NCBI RefSeq assembly: GCF_000270205.1
Contig: NC_015913.1
Coordinates: 1,290,001 to 1,322,000 of the forward strand
From: Candidatus Arthromitus sp. SFB-mouse-Japan
GTDB lineage: Bacteria > Bacillota > Clostridia > Clostridiales > Clostridiaceae
DNA length: 32,000 bases
Direction: 5' to 3'
Shown piece by piece: positions 17,852 through 25,927 of the stretch. A program made the translations under genes and the position numbers. The notes beneath the pieces were generated by a model that was not told the DNA's origin, searched no databases, and was given only the letters and a program-made list of their open reading frames with translations. The first letter of the stretch is position 1; every line of letters starts with the position of its first letter.

Positions 17852-20200
17852 TTAATACTTTAAATAAACTTCAACATTATATTCCTTATTTTTCTTAATA
17901 TCTTTTATAATATTCCCAATTATTTTCTCTCCATTTACATAAATTTCTAAATTATTAACCTTCATACGTTTAAAATTTATGTTAAATTTTGATCCCCTAT
18001 ATTTTTTTATTATTGAAAACTCATTCCAATCTTCAAAAGGTTTTGGATCTATCAAAAGTCCTTTAATATTTCCTCTAACTCCTATCACAAAATTTGTTAT
18101 AATCCTATGGAACCAAACAGATGATCCAGTATTAAAGCTCCAGTTTCCCCTACCAAAATTAACAGAATAGTCTCCCTCAACACTTGATGGCATAACGTAT
18201 GGCTCTATCTGATACAAATCAATTTTATCATTCTTCTTTATTGGATTTATATTATCTACTATCTCTTTTGCAATATCTAATCGATTAATTAAAATAAATG
18301 CGAGTATTCCCCACATACATGAATGATAATATATAGAACCATTTTCTCTTATCCCTTCTGCATATCTTGTTATATACCCTATACTCTTATTTAAATTATC
18401 ATATGGAGGATCCAAAATCTTCAATCCAAACTCTGTATTCAATAATTCATATACCTTATCCATTATATATATTTTTCTATCATCATCACACACATCACTT
18501 ATTACTCCAAAAACTTGAGGAAGTAAAAATATCCTATGATCATCATCACAACAACCTATTTTTATATCCCTAGATATACCTCTTAAATACCATTTACTAT
18601 TAAATCCAAAATTATTTATTGAATTCTTCAAAAGTTCACTATAATATGTAATTTTATTTATAAAAAATAAATCACCCATGATCTCACATATAGGTGTAAA
18701 CTCTATTAAAATTAAATAAAGAAACTCACTTACAAATATACTATCTCCATCAAAATTACTTATAGCATCATTCCAATCATGTTTTAAAATTAATGAAAGT
18801 CCTCTATCACTCAAATTCTTTAAAGAATATTCTATACTCCTCTTTAAATGATTATATAAACTTTCCTTAATAAAACTATCTAAATATCCTAAATTCTCAT
18901 TTAAAATACTAAAATCAGATGTTTCATTTATGTATATTATTGTTATATATACAAGCCATAGATGATCATCGCTTGAATTTGTATCTAACCCGCACCTAGA
19001 TTCATCCAAAAAATAATGTATAACTCTTCCATCTATAAATTCCATATTCCCATGCTCCAAAATCTGTTTCCTAGTCAACTCACTCTTACTGTTTAAAAAT
19101 ATCATGGAGTCCTGAAGATGATCTCGAAATCCAATTCCTTTATTTATTTGATAATAAGATCCTTTCCCCAAAAATCTGCATGAAATAGTTTGATATTTAC
19201 ACCATATATTAACCATAAAATCTATACTTTTATCAGGTGTAGATATGATTTCATCATCTATAAACTCCCTCATATAATTTTTAAAATTAACAAATTCATA
19301 AATTATATCATCAATAGATTTATATTTAATAAGTAATTCTCTAAGTTCAGCTTCCGATTCGCATATTCCCATATAAATAGATGTTTCTTTTTTATCACAT
19401 GGATTTAAGTTCAAATATATCTGAATACAAGATACCATATGAAAATTTTCCCCAGATTTATTTGACAAATATTTCTCATTAAGAGACTTTGGATTTTTAA
19501 GAGAATTATACATACCTATAAAACTTTCTTTACATGTATCATAAGAAACTACTTCATCCAAAGATGTCATAAAAAATATATATCCGTATTCTCTGTTGTT
19601 ACAATGTCCATATTTATCCATTACTCCCCAAAATGTTTTATTAAATATAATACTATTTAATTTTGTATCAAACCTACTTTTCATAAATAACTTATCAAAC
19701 TCTTTATTCTCCTCAGGGAAATTTGATAAATATAATTCGGCATAACTAAATATACTTAATCTTCTATAAGTGTCCGATAAATTTTCAAGCTCTAGTAAAT
19801 AAAACTCTACTCTGTCATCTTTTGATAAAAAAACCTTCAATGTAGACCTAATACCATTATATGTATGAGTAAAAATGGCATATCCAATTCCATATGTAAC
19901 TGTATAATCATCTCCACATAAATCAAGGGGCTTATATGTAAACCCCCAAACATCCATTGTATCCTCATCTCTTATATAAAAATATTTCCCAAAATCATCA
20001 AGTATTGAGTCTTGAACAAATCTTGTAATTCTATTTTCAATAGAATTTTTCCCCCAAGAATATCCTCCACCTGTTTGAGTTACCAAAATCGAATAATTTC
20101 CATTACTTATTATATTACTCCATGGTTTTGGGGTTCTTGGATTTGTTATTTTATATTCATACCCATCGTTTGAAAAATAACCATATTTACAGGAGAACAT
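17852..20200 (-). CDS. glycoside hydrolase family 94-type phosphorylase (cellobiose / cellodextrin / chitobiose phosphorylase-like)
   Basis: 782 aa. The N-terminus YGYFSNDGYEYKITNPRTPKPWSN...GGGYSW parallels cellobiose phosphorylases (FGFFDD..EYVIT.PRTP.PW.NY). It also has GFRDHLQD, HDWNDAIS (the catalytic-Asp DWND motif) and ENGSIYYHSCMW. Confidence 0.88.
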   Translation of the reverse strand: MFSCKYGYFSNDGYEYKITNPRTPKPWSNIISNGNYSILVTQTGGGYSWGKNSIENRITRFVQDSILDDFGKYFYIRDEDTMDVWGFTYKPLDLCGDDYTVTYGIGYAIFTHTYNGIRSTLKVFLSKDDRVEFYLLELENLSDTYRRLSIFSYAELYLSNFPEENKEFDKLFMKSRFDTKLNSIIFNKTFWGVMDKYGHCNNREYGYIFFMTSLDEVVSYDTCKESFIGMYNSLKNPKSLNEKYLSNKSGENFHMVSCIQIYLNLNPCDKKETSIYMGICESEAELRELLIKYKSIDDIIYEFVNFKNYMREFIDDEIISTPDKSIDFMVNIWCKYQTISCRFLGKGSYYQINKGIGFRDHLQDSMIFLNSKSELTRKQILEHGNMEFIDGRVIHYFLDESRCGLDTNSSDDHLWLVYITIIYINETSDFSILNENLGYLDSFIKESLYNHLKRSIEYSLKNLSDRGLSLILKHDWNDAISNFDGDSIFVSEFLYLILIEFTPICEIMGDLFFINKITYYSELLKNSINNFGFNSKWYLRGISRDIKIGCCDDDHRIFLLPQVFGVISDVCDDDRKIYIMDKVYELLNTEFGLKILDPPYDNLNKSIGYITRYAEGIRENGSIYYHSCMWGILAFILINRLDIAKEIVDNINPIKKNDKIDLYQIEPYVMPSSVEGDYSVNFGRGNWSFNTGSSVWFHRIITNFVIGVRGNIKGLLIDPKPFEDWNEFSIIKKYRGSKFNINFKRMKVNNLEIYVNGEKIIGNIIKDIKKNKEYNVEVYLKY

Positions 20201-20277
20201 ACAAACTACACTCCACTCTAAAATCGTTTTAATTTATTATTGCTATAACTTTATAATTATATTCTAATATTTAAAAC

Positions 20278-20303
20278 AAAAAAAAGTAGAACATAGTCCT
20301 ACT
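20278..20303 (-). terminator. rho-independent terminator after the propeller lipoprotein gene
   Basis: On the minus strand: agtaggac-tat-gttctact, an 8-bp stem with one G-U pair and a 3-nt loop, followed by eight U residues (complement of 20278-20285). It begins at the stop codon (20303-20305). Confidence 0.65.
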
Positions 20304-21340
20304 TACCCATATAAAATTAGTCCTGATATAACACTATTTTCCTCCATGTCAAATTCTATTTTTTTTAACAGTGTAAAATCTTTAGCATTATATATTTGTA
20401 AATACTTATCAGATAATATAAAAATTTTATCTTCTGATATATCAAATACCTTTATATTATAATAAAATTCTGTTTTACTACTCTTCAATGTTTTTCTATC
20501 AATTCTTATTACGCTATCTTTATTTATATCCGAATTATCCCCCCTAACTGTAACGTAAATATTATCTTCATATAGAAGTATCTTATCCAAATTATTACTA
20601 ATCGTATTTATGTAATCAAAAGTTTCTGTGTATATATCATAAATTCCTATTTTCCCTGATTCACTCTTTGCATTTGCATCATAATTTGTAAAATATATTT
20701 TACCATTATAATAAAACATATCATTTTGATACAATCCAAATTTTGATAAATTAAATTTATTTATGATTTCTAAATTATTCTTATCTAAAACATTCAAATA
20801 AGAATTTCCATTATTATTTCTACTAAAAATATATACATTATCATCATCAATATATATTTTCCCAACCACGTGATCATCTACATTAATTGTTTTAATTTCA
20901 TTTGATAAATCCTTATTATAAATACTCAACTTATTTAAAGAATGCGTTATGTAAATTCTATCGTTATCTATAAAAATTTTATAAATATCTTCAACGTCTA
21001 AATTAACTTTTGTATATCCATTAGTATATTTATCAACCTCTATTAAGTAACTATTACCCTTAGTTGAAACTATATCATTTGATTTAAAATAAAAATTCGA
21101 ATCATCAGATGGTACAAAATCTCCAAGGTAACTTATACCTTCTAATGAAAACTTTATCCTATTACCTTCGTTACCCTCATAATCATATTGATTTATAAAA
21201 GATTCCCTCTTATCTTTATTAAAAGATATAATCCCAACATAATATCCGTAATTTAAATTACTTGCATACTCTACATTACATGATACAAAAGACATAAGTA
21301 TCATGAACATAATAAATGTAGATTTGATAACATATCGCAT
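20303..21340 (-). CDS. lipoprotein with beta-propeller-like repeats
   Basis: Signal peptide ending in FVSC. Recurring blade-like motifs occur about every 40-45 aa: DRIYITHS, DNVYIFSR, GKIYFTNY, DNIYVTVR, DKIFILSD. GGAGG lies 5 nt upstream of ATG 21340 and overlaps the mscS stop (TAGGAGG). Confidence 0.75.
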   Translation of the reverse strand: MRYVIKSTFIMFMILMSFVSCNVEYASNLNYGYYVGIISFNKDKRESFINQYDYEGNEGNRIKFSLEGISYLGDFVPSDDSNFYFKSNDIVSTKGNSYLIEVDKYTNGYTKVNLDVEDIYKIFIDNDRIYITHSLNKLSIYNKDLSNEIKTINVDDHVVGKIYIDDDNVYIFSRNNNGNSYLNVLDKNNLEIINKFNLSKFGLYQNDMFYYNGKIYFTNYDANAKSESGKIGIYDIYTETFDYINTISNNLDKILLYEDNIYVTVRGDNSDINKDSVIRIDRKTLKSSKTEFYYNIKVFDISEDKIFILSDKYLQIYNAKDFTLLKKIEFDMEENSVISGLILYG

Positions 21341-21349
21341 TTTTACCTC

Positions 21350-22183
21350 CTAATTTCTTATGATAGAGTATCTTTGTGTTGGTAAAATGATATTTTGAAT
21401 TAATAATCTATCCATTATTAACTGCCTTAATTCATTCTCTATACCCCAATGGGTCAAAGGCTTTGAATATCCAATTATCCTATATGTTATACTAACTTGA
21501 TCCAAGGAAACAGTACCATAAATATATGGTTTAACCGTTATATCATCATGTGAATATTTGTTCAAAACATAATTTATACTTTCAACAACATCCTCAGATT
21601 TTTGATTTAATCCAACCTGTATATCTATTAAAATTCTGGAATCTTTCCTCGAATGATTTGTAATTTGGTTTATAGCTCCGTTTGGTATCACATGATAATC
21701 ACCATTAAAATCCCTAAGCTTAGTTACTCGGGCTTGAACACTATCTACAATCCCCTTAAAATCATTTGATCCCTTATTTATAGTAATATAATCTCCCACA
21801 GTAAATTGATTTTCAAATGTTATAAATACCCCATTAAATAAATCTTTTAAAATATTTTGAGACGCAAATCCAAGAGCAACTCCAATAATACCTGTCAAAG
21901 TTACTCCAATAGCTCCTACAAAATTTTGAATCATAACTAAAATTAAAACAGTAATAAAAGAGTAACGTGCTATACTCATAACAAGAGTTTGAATTGTATG
22001 TAAATGGCCTTTGTCTATTCTACTATTAAATACTTTTTTACTAAACACACTCTTAATTACTTTACACACAATTTTATAAATAATATAAATCACTATAACA
22101 CTAAATACTGAATCCAAAATTTTATTCCCAAATTTTAAGGAAGAATCAATTAAACTCTTAAATAAATTTTCAAATACCTTCAT
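21350..22183 (-). CDS. small-conductance mechanosensitive channel (MscS family)
   Basis: N-terminal TM helices followed by GVALGFASQNILKDLFNGVFITFENQFTVGDYITI, the MscS pore-helix/beta-domain signature. ATG 22183 is preferred over the track GTG at 22186 on AAGGGA spacing. Confidence 0.88.
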   Translation of the reverse strand: MKVFENLFKSLIDSSLKFGNKILDSVFSVIVIYIIYKIVCKVIKSVFSKKVFNSRIDKGHLHTIQTLVMSIARYSFITVLILVMIQNFVGAIGVTLTGIIGVALGFASQNILKDLFNGVFITFENQFTVGDYITINKGSNDFKGIVDSVQARVTKLRDFNGDYHVIPNGAINQITNHSRKDSRILIDIQVGLNQKSEDVVESINYVLNKYSHDDITVKPYIYGTVSLDQVSITYRIIGYSKPLTHWGIENELRQLIMDRLLIQNIILPTQRYSIIRN

Positions 22184-22536
22184 CACATAATCCCTTCTAT
22201 TTATAGATCGTTATTATATGTTAAATTAAAAATGGGGAATTTAAACAAAAGAAATGCTTTACAAATTAATAGTAAATAATCAGAAATGAATATAAAAAAT
22301 ATAAGAAGATTGACGAATAATAAAGTAATGTAAAAATCTTGATAGTTATCTAAATTTAAAGATTATAAATAATATTCTCTTGATTATATCATAATCAAAA
22401 ATCTAAATCTACATAAAACTTTTTATTATATATTGAGTTTAGATTTGATTCATTGTATTATTGTTAACATACTATTAATAATAAGTTTACTTTTTACATA
22501 GTTTACTTATTTTTTGTAATTTCGGAGGAACTTATA

Positions 22537-25458
22537 ATGAATAAATTAAAGACAATATCTTCTATATCTTTAGGTGTTGCTGTTTTGTCCCTCTCGCTTC
22601 CAAGTAATTTAGTGCATAAAGCATCAGCATTATCAAACACTTTATATACATTAACAAATGAAGATTATAAAATACAATATACAAATAATACTCTTACATT
22701 AACTTTCAGTAATTCTGCTGTTCATAACAATATAACTACTATAAAACTTAAAGATAAAAATGGTAAATACTTAAGCTTTGATAAAAATTCAGAAAATTTT
22801 ACACTCAAAGTAAATGAGGGTTTAGTTAATGGGATTTACTCTCTAGTATTCTCTCTAAAAACATCTAGCTCTCAAACAAAAGAATTAATTTCACCTATAT
22901 ATGTAAATTTTTCTCAAGTATCAAGTCAAAAATTATCTATCACTTCATTAAATCCTATAGTAACCCTCACAAACACCGATGGAGTAAACAAATTAACTGC
23001 TCGCTTTACAGTACTTAATATACAAGAAAAAATTCGTGGTGCTAGAATTTTAAGTTCTAATTTTTCCCAAATTGGTTATTTGGAAAATGCATCTAATACA
23101 AGAAATTATGTATTCAATTTAGGAACAAACAATCTTTCATCAAACGAAATTTATTACATTGAATATACTTTAGAAGATTCAAACAATAAAACATATACAA
23201 TAAAGATCCCATTTACACACTCACCAAACTCAGTACAAATTAATCAAATAAATACAAATGGCTTTACTTATACTTCAAACGAAAATTCAAATGGAAAAAT
23301 GGATCTTACTCTAAACTTTAGCGGAGTTGATAATAAAAATATCACATTTACTCAAGTCAATAATTATGGAGTTGGTATACTTCCTTCTTATGACAACAAA
23401 GGACACATAATTCTAAAAGATCTTCAAAAAGGATCAACTATCCAAGCTAATATTAAATATCAAGATGGGAAATATATAAATTTAGTCTTTAAGGTGCCTG
23501 ATAAATCTCAAAACAATGAATCCGCTATACCTTTTTTAAGATTCATAAACACACCATCAATAACACTTAAGAGAGGAACTAAAATTACTATTCCTTTAAT
23601 AAAAGATGATTTCACTAGTGCAGAATTTACAACTCCAAATAATTATTTGAAATTTGTTAGTATAGATCAATTTGGAACAGAAATTGATTTAACAGATGAA
23701 GTTAGAGTTTCTTCATCAATGAATAAAATAGATGTTTCAGTTAATTCAAATATTGAAACATTGTCACAAGATTCACAAGTTTATGTTAAGGTCTATAGCC
23801 CAACAAAATCTTGCTTTTTCCCTTTTAATACATCAAATACAACTGCAACTACAAAATCATCGGCTTTTGATGTTATAAAAAGCAGCACAAATCTCGATTC
23901 TGTTTCATTAACATTTAGACCAAACAGTACTGTTTTAGGAAATAACGAAACCTTTTCTGATGGAGATATACTTATTTTAAATGATTCAATACAAGCTACA
24001 CTCTCTTCTGATAAAAAAACATTCTCTATTAACACAAAAGTGAACAAGCTTGTAAATGGTATCAACACATATACATTTATTAGAAATTCCTCAAGTGGTA
24101 ACTCAAATTATGTAACTGGTGAATTCTTAGCAAGCTTCAATTCATCATCGAATGATATATCTCCAGCAATAACTAGTTTTAATGTTAAAACTAACAATAG
24201 CACTAATCTTACACTCAATTTAACCATAAATCAGGATATTATTAATTATTATGGTACAAAAAATACAATAAAAATTCGTGATGAGTTTGGAACTAATATA
24301 AATGTAAAGGCAAACTTGAGACAAAATGGATCTGAAAAGTACTACGAATTAATAATCGATCCTCCAAGCCAACTTGTTCCGAATAGATACTACACTATAG
24401 AATTTTCAAATGGATTAAATTCATTCGAATCAAACTTCATATTTAACAACAATACAAGCTATAATCCAAGAATAAATTTATCATTTAACAGTAATTCTAC
24501 GTTTACTCTCAAAAATTTAAACAGTATCCCTGGATACTCAAATTATGAATTTAATATAAGAATTACGGATTACTATAATAAAAATAATATTTTCTATGAA
24601 AATTTTCCTCAAAATTATTATGGAGAAAAACTAACCCAAACTTCTATTACTAGAAATTTAAACAATGGAAAATATTTTAATCATGGTGATAGGTATTTGT
24701 TGGAAATTTCAAATGTTACAACTGGTGATATTTATAGAACTGATTTCACATTCAGAGAAGGAGATGTATTAAGTGGTGTAGGAAGCTTGTCTCAAATAAA
24801 TATTTCCTCAAGCTCACTTATAAATACTGATGATAAAGTTTCATTCTCTTATTCAATTCCAAATAATAAATCTATAGCAACTATAATCACAAATACTAAT
24901 GGAATAACAGGAGAATACTACAATAATAGAATAAACCTAACTAATATCGTTCCAAATAAAATTTATACGAACTTGAGAGTAACAGTTAATTTCACTGATG
25001 GAACTAATCAAAATATAATCATAAGTGAGTTTAAAGCTAATAAATCATCAGATGAACTTAAAAATTACATCGCAAAAGTTTATACAACTGCTTTAACTCC
25101 TATAAACGAAACTAACAAATATAAAATCAGATATGCAGATGAAGAAGGTTTTAAATATTGGTACGATATGCTCTACAACAAAAAAATATCTGGACCAGAA
25201 TTCATTTATAGAATTCTAGATGCTTCTGAATTTAATAACGTTCAATCATCACCTCAAAACAAAATAAGAGCTCTTTATCCTATAGTTACAAATAGGGAAG
25301 GAGATACTAATGGAATAAATTATTGGATTAATGAATTTAATACAACATCTTCATCTTTAAACAGTGAAAGTCTTGCACTACAAATAACACTAAGTAAAAT
25401 GCTAAACGAAGCAGAACCTCAAAGATTATTTCAAAGTCTAGGAATAAGATTAAACTAA
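22537..25458 (+). CDS. large secreted/surface protein: signal peptide, about eight tandem beta-sandwich-like modules, two C-terminal DUF4214-like repeats
   Basis: Signal peptide MNKLKTISSISLGVAVLSLSLPSNLVHKASA. The body is N/S/T-rich. The C-terminus has YADEEGFKYWYDML...SEF and REGDTNGINYWINEF, matching the DUF4214 pattern (R..D..G..yW). The RBS is GGAGGA. Confidence 0.85.
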   Translation: MNKLKTISSISLGVAVLSLSLPSNLVHKASALSNTLYTLTNEDYKIQYTNNTLTLTFSNSAVHNNITTIKLKDKNGKYLSFDKNSENFTLKVNEGLVNGIYSLVFSLKTSSSQTKELISPIYVNFSQVSSQKLSITSLNPIVTLTNTDGVNKLTARFTVLNIQEKIRGARILSSNFSQIGYLENASNTRNYVFNLGTNNLSSNEIYYIEYTLEDSNNKTYTIKIPFTHSPNSVQINQINTNGFTYTSNENSNGKMDLTLNFSGVDNKNITFTQVNNYGVGILPSYDNKGHIILKDLQKGSTIQANIKYQDGKYINLVFKVPDKSQNNESAIPFLRFINTPSITLKRGTKITIPLIKDDFTSAEFTTPNNYLKFVSIDQFGTEIDLTDEVRVSSSMNKIDVSVNSNIETLSQDSQVYVKVYSPTKSCFFPFNTSNTTATTKSSAFDVIKSSTNLDSVSLTFRPNSTVLGNNETFSDGDILILNDSIQATLSSDKKTFSINTKVNKLVNGINTYTFIRNSSSGNSNYVTGEFLASFNSSSNDISPAITSFNVKTNNSTNLTLNLTINQDIINYYGTKNTIKIRDEFGTNINVKANLRQNGSEKYYELIIDPPSQLVPNRYYTIEFSNGLNSFESNFIFNNNTSYNPRINLSFNSNSTFTLKNLNSIPGYSNYEFNIRITDYYNKNNIFYENFPQNYYGEKLTQTSITRNLNNGKYFNHGDRYLLEISNVTTGDIYRTDFTFREGDVLSGVGSLSQINISSSSLINTDDKVSFSYSIPNNKSIATIITNTNGITGEYYNNRINLTNIVPNKIYTNLRVTVNFTDGTNQNIIISEFKANKSSDELKNYIAKVYTTALTPINETNKYKIRYADEEGFKYWYDMLYNKKISGPEFIYRILDASEFNNVQSSPQNKIRALYPIVTNREGDTNGINYWINEFNTTSSSLNSESLALQITLSKMLNEAEPQRLFQSLGIRLN
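22630..25038 (+). repeat. about eight highly diverged tandem protein modules (~95-110 aa each) inside the surface-protein CDS
   Basis: Each unit ends with a similar strand pattern: GIYSLVFSLK..PIYVNF, EIYYIEYTLE..TIKIPF, KYINLVFKV, SCFFPF, NTYTFIRN..GEFLASF, RYYTIEFSN..SNFIFN, DRYLLEISN..RTDFTF, KIYTNLRVTVNF..IIISEF. Boundaries are approximate. The repeats are visible at protein level only. Confidence 0.55.
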
Positions 25459-25463
25459 ATCAC

Positions 25464-25495
25464 TCACCCTACAATTAGATTGTGGGGTGATTTTT
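25464..25495 (+). terminator. rho-independent terminator of the surface-protein gene
   Basis: TCACCCTACAA (25464-25474), loop TTAGA, TTGTGGGGTGA (25480-25490): an 11-bp GC-containing stem with one U-G pair, followed by TTTTT (25491-25495). It starts 6 nt after the stop codon. Confidence 0.85.
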
Positions 25496-25888
25496 ATATT
25501 AAAATTATTTATTTACCTATTACTTATACTAAATATTTCTGCATTCCCTCTTAAAAATACGTTTCCAATAAATATAAAAAACTCTTTAACATCATATTCA
25601 GAATCTTTATACTTACCAAACATTTATGTATATGGAAATAATTCAATCGCCTTTGATATTCCCAATCACCTTAAATTTTCATATCTAAATGTAATTTCAT
25701 TTATCTCACCCTCAGGTAAACAACTAATACACACAATTCCTCAATTGATAAACATAAATTCCTCTCCTGTATATATATCACTTAGAAAACCTCTGAACGA
25801 GATAGGAATATATAAAATTATCTTTTCAGGTAAAGATGAACTAACAAATAATCAAATCGATTTAATTGGAAATTTCACATTTAGATAA
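25487..25888 (+). CDS. small secreted protein, single-module paralog of the upstream surface-protein modules (translation status uncertain)
   Basis: 133-aa ORF with a hydrophobic N-terminus. IGIYKIIFSGKDELTNNQIDLIGNFTF parallels NGIYSLVFSLKTSSSQTKELISPIYVNF of module 1. The ORF contains no ATG. The only start candidate is GTG 25487-25489, inside the terminator stem, with no spaced SD. Confidence 0.5.
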   Translation: MIFILKLFIYLLLILNISAFPLKNTFPINIKNSLTSYSESLYLPNIYVYGNNSIAFDIPNHLKFSYLNVISFISPSGKQLIHTIPQLININSSPVYISLRKPLNEIGIYKIIFSGKDELTNNQIDLIGNFTFR

Positions 25889-25891
25889 AAT

Positions 25892-25927
25892 AAAGGAATG
25901 CATTATATATGCATCCCTTTATTTTTT
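25892..25927. terminator. bidirectional terminator at the convergent junction module ORF / argS
   Basis: aaaggaatgcat (25892-25903), loop tatat, atgcatcccttt (25909-25920): a 12-bp stem with one mismatch (a G-U pair on the minus strand). It is followed by a T6 run that contains the argS stop (25926-25928). Confidence 0.7.

Noticed and set aside
17979-18573. Track ORFs 17979-18170 and 18367-18573 (plus).
   Set aside because: They are antisense shadow frames within the GH94 gene.
22232-22279. 15-codon ORF (MGNLNKRNALQINSK) in the surface-protein upstream region, as a possible leader peptide.
   Set aside because: It has no RBS and no distinctive codon content. Such short ORFs are expected by chance.
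23793-24068. Track ORF, 91 aa, minus strand.
   Set aside because: It is antisense to the surface-protein gene and has no RBS.
25451-25487. Possibility that the 133-aa ORF continues the surface-protein gene by frameshift or read-through.
   Set aside because: The large gene ends with a complete DUF4214-like domain and a clean stop followed by a strong terminator. The small ORF is in a different frame and begins with its own hydrophobic signal-like segment.
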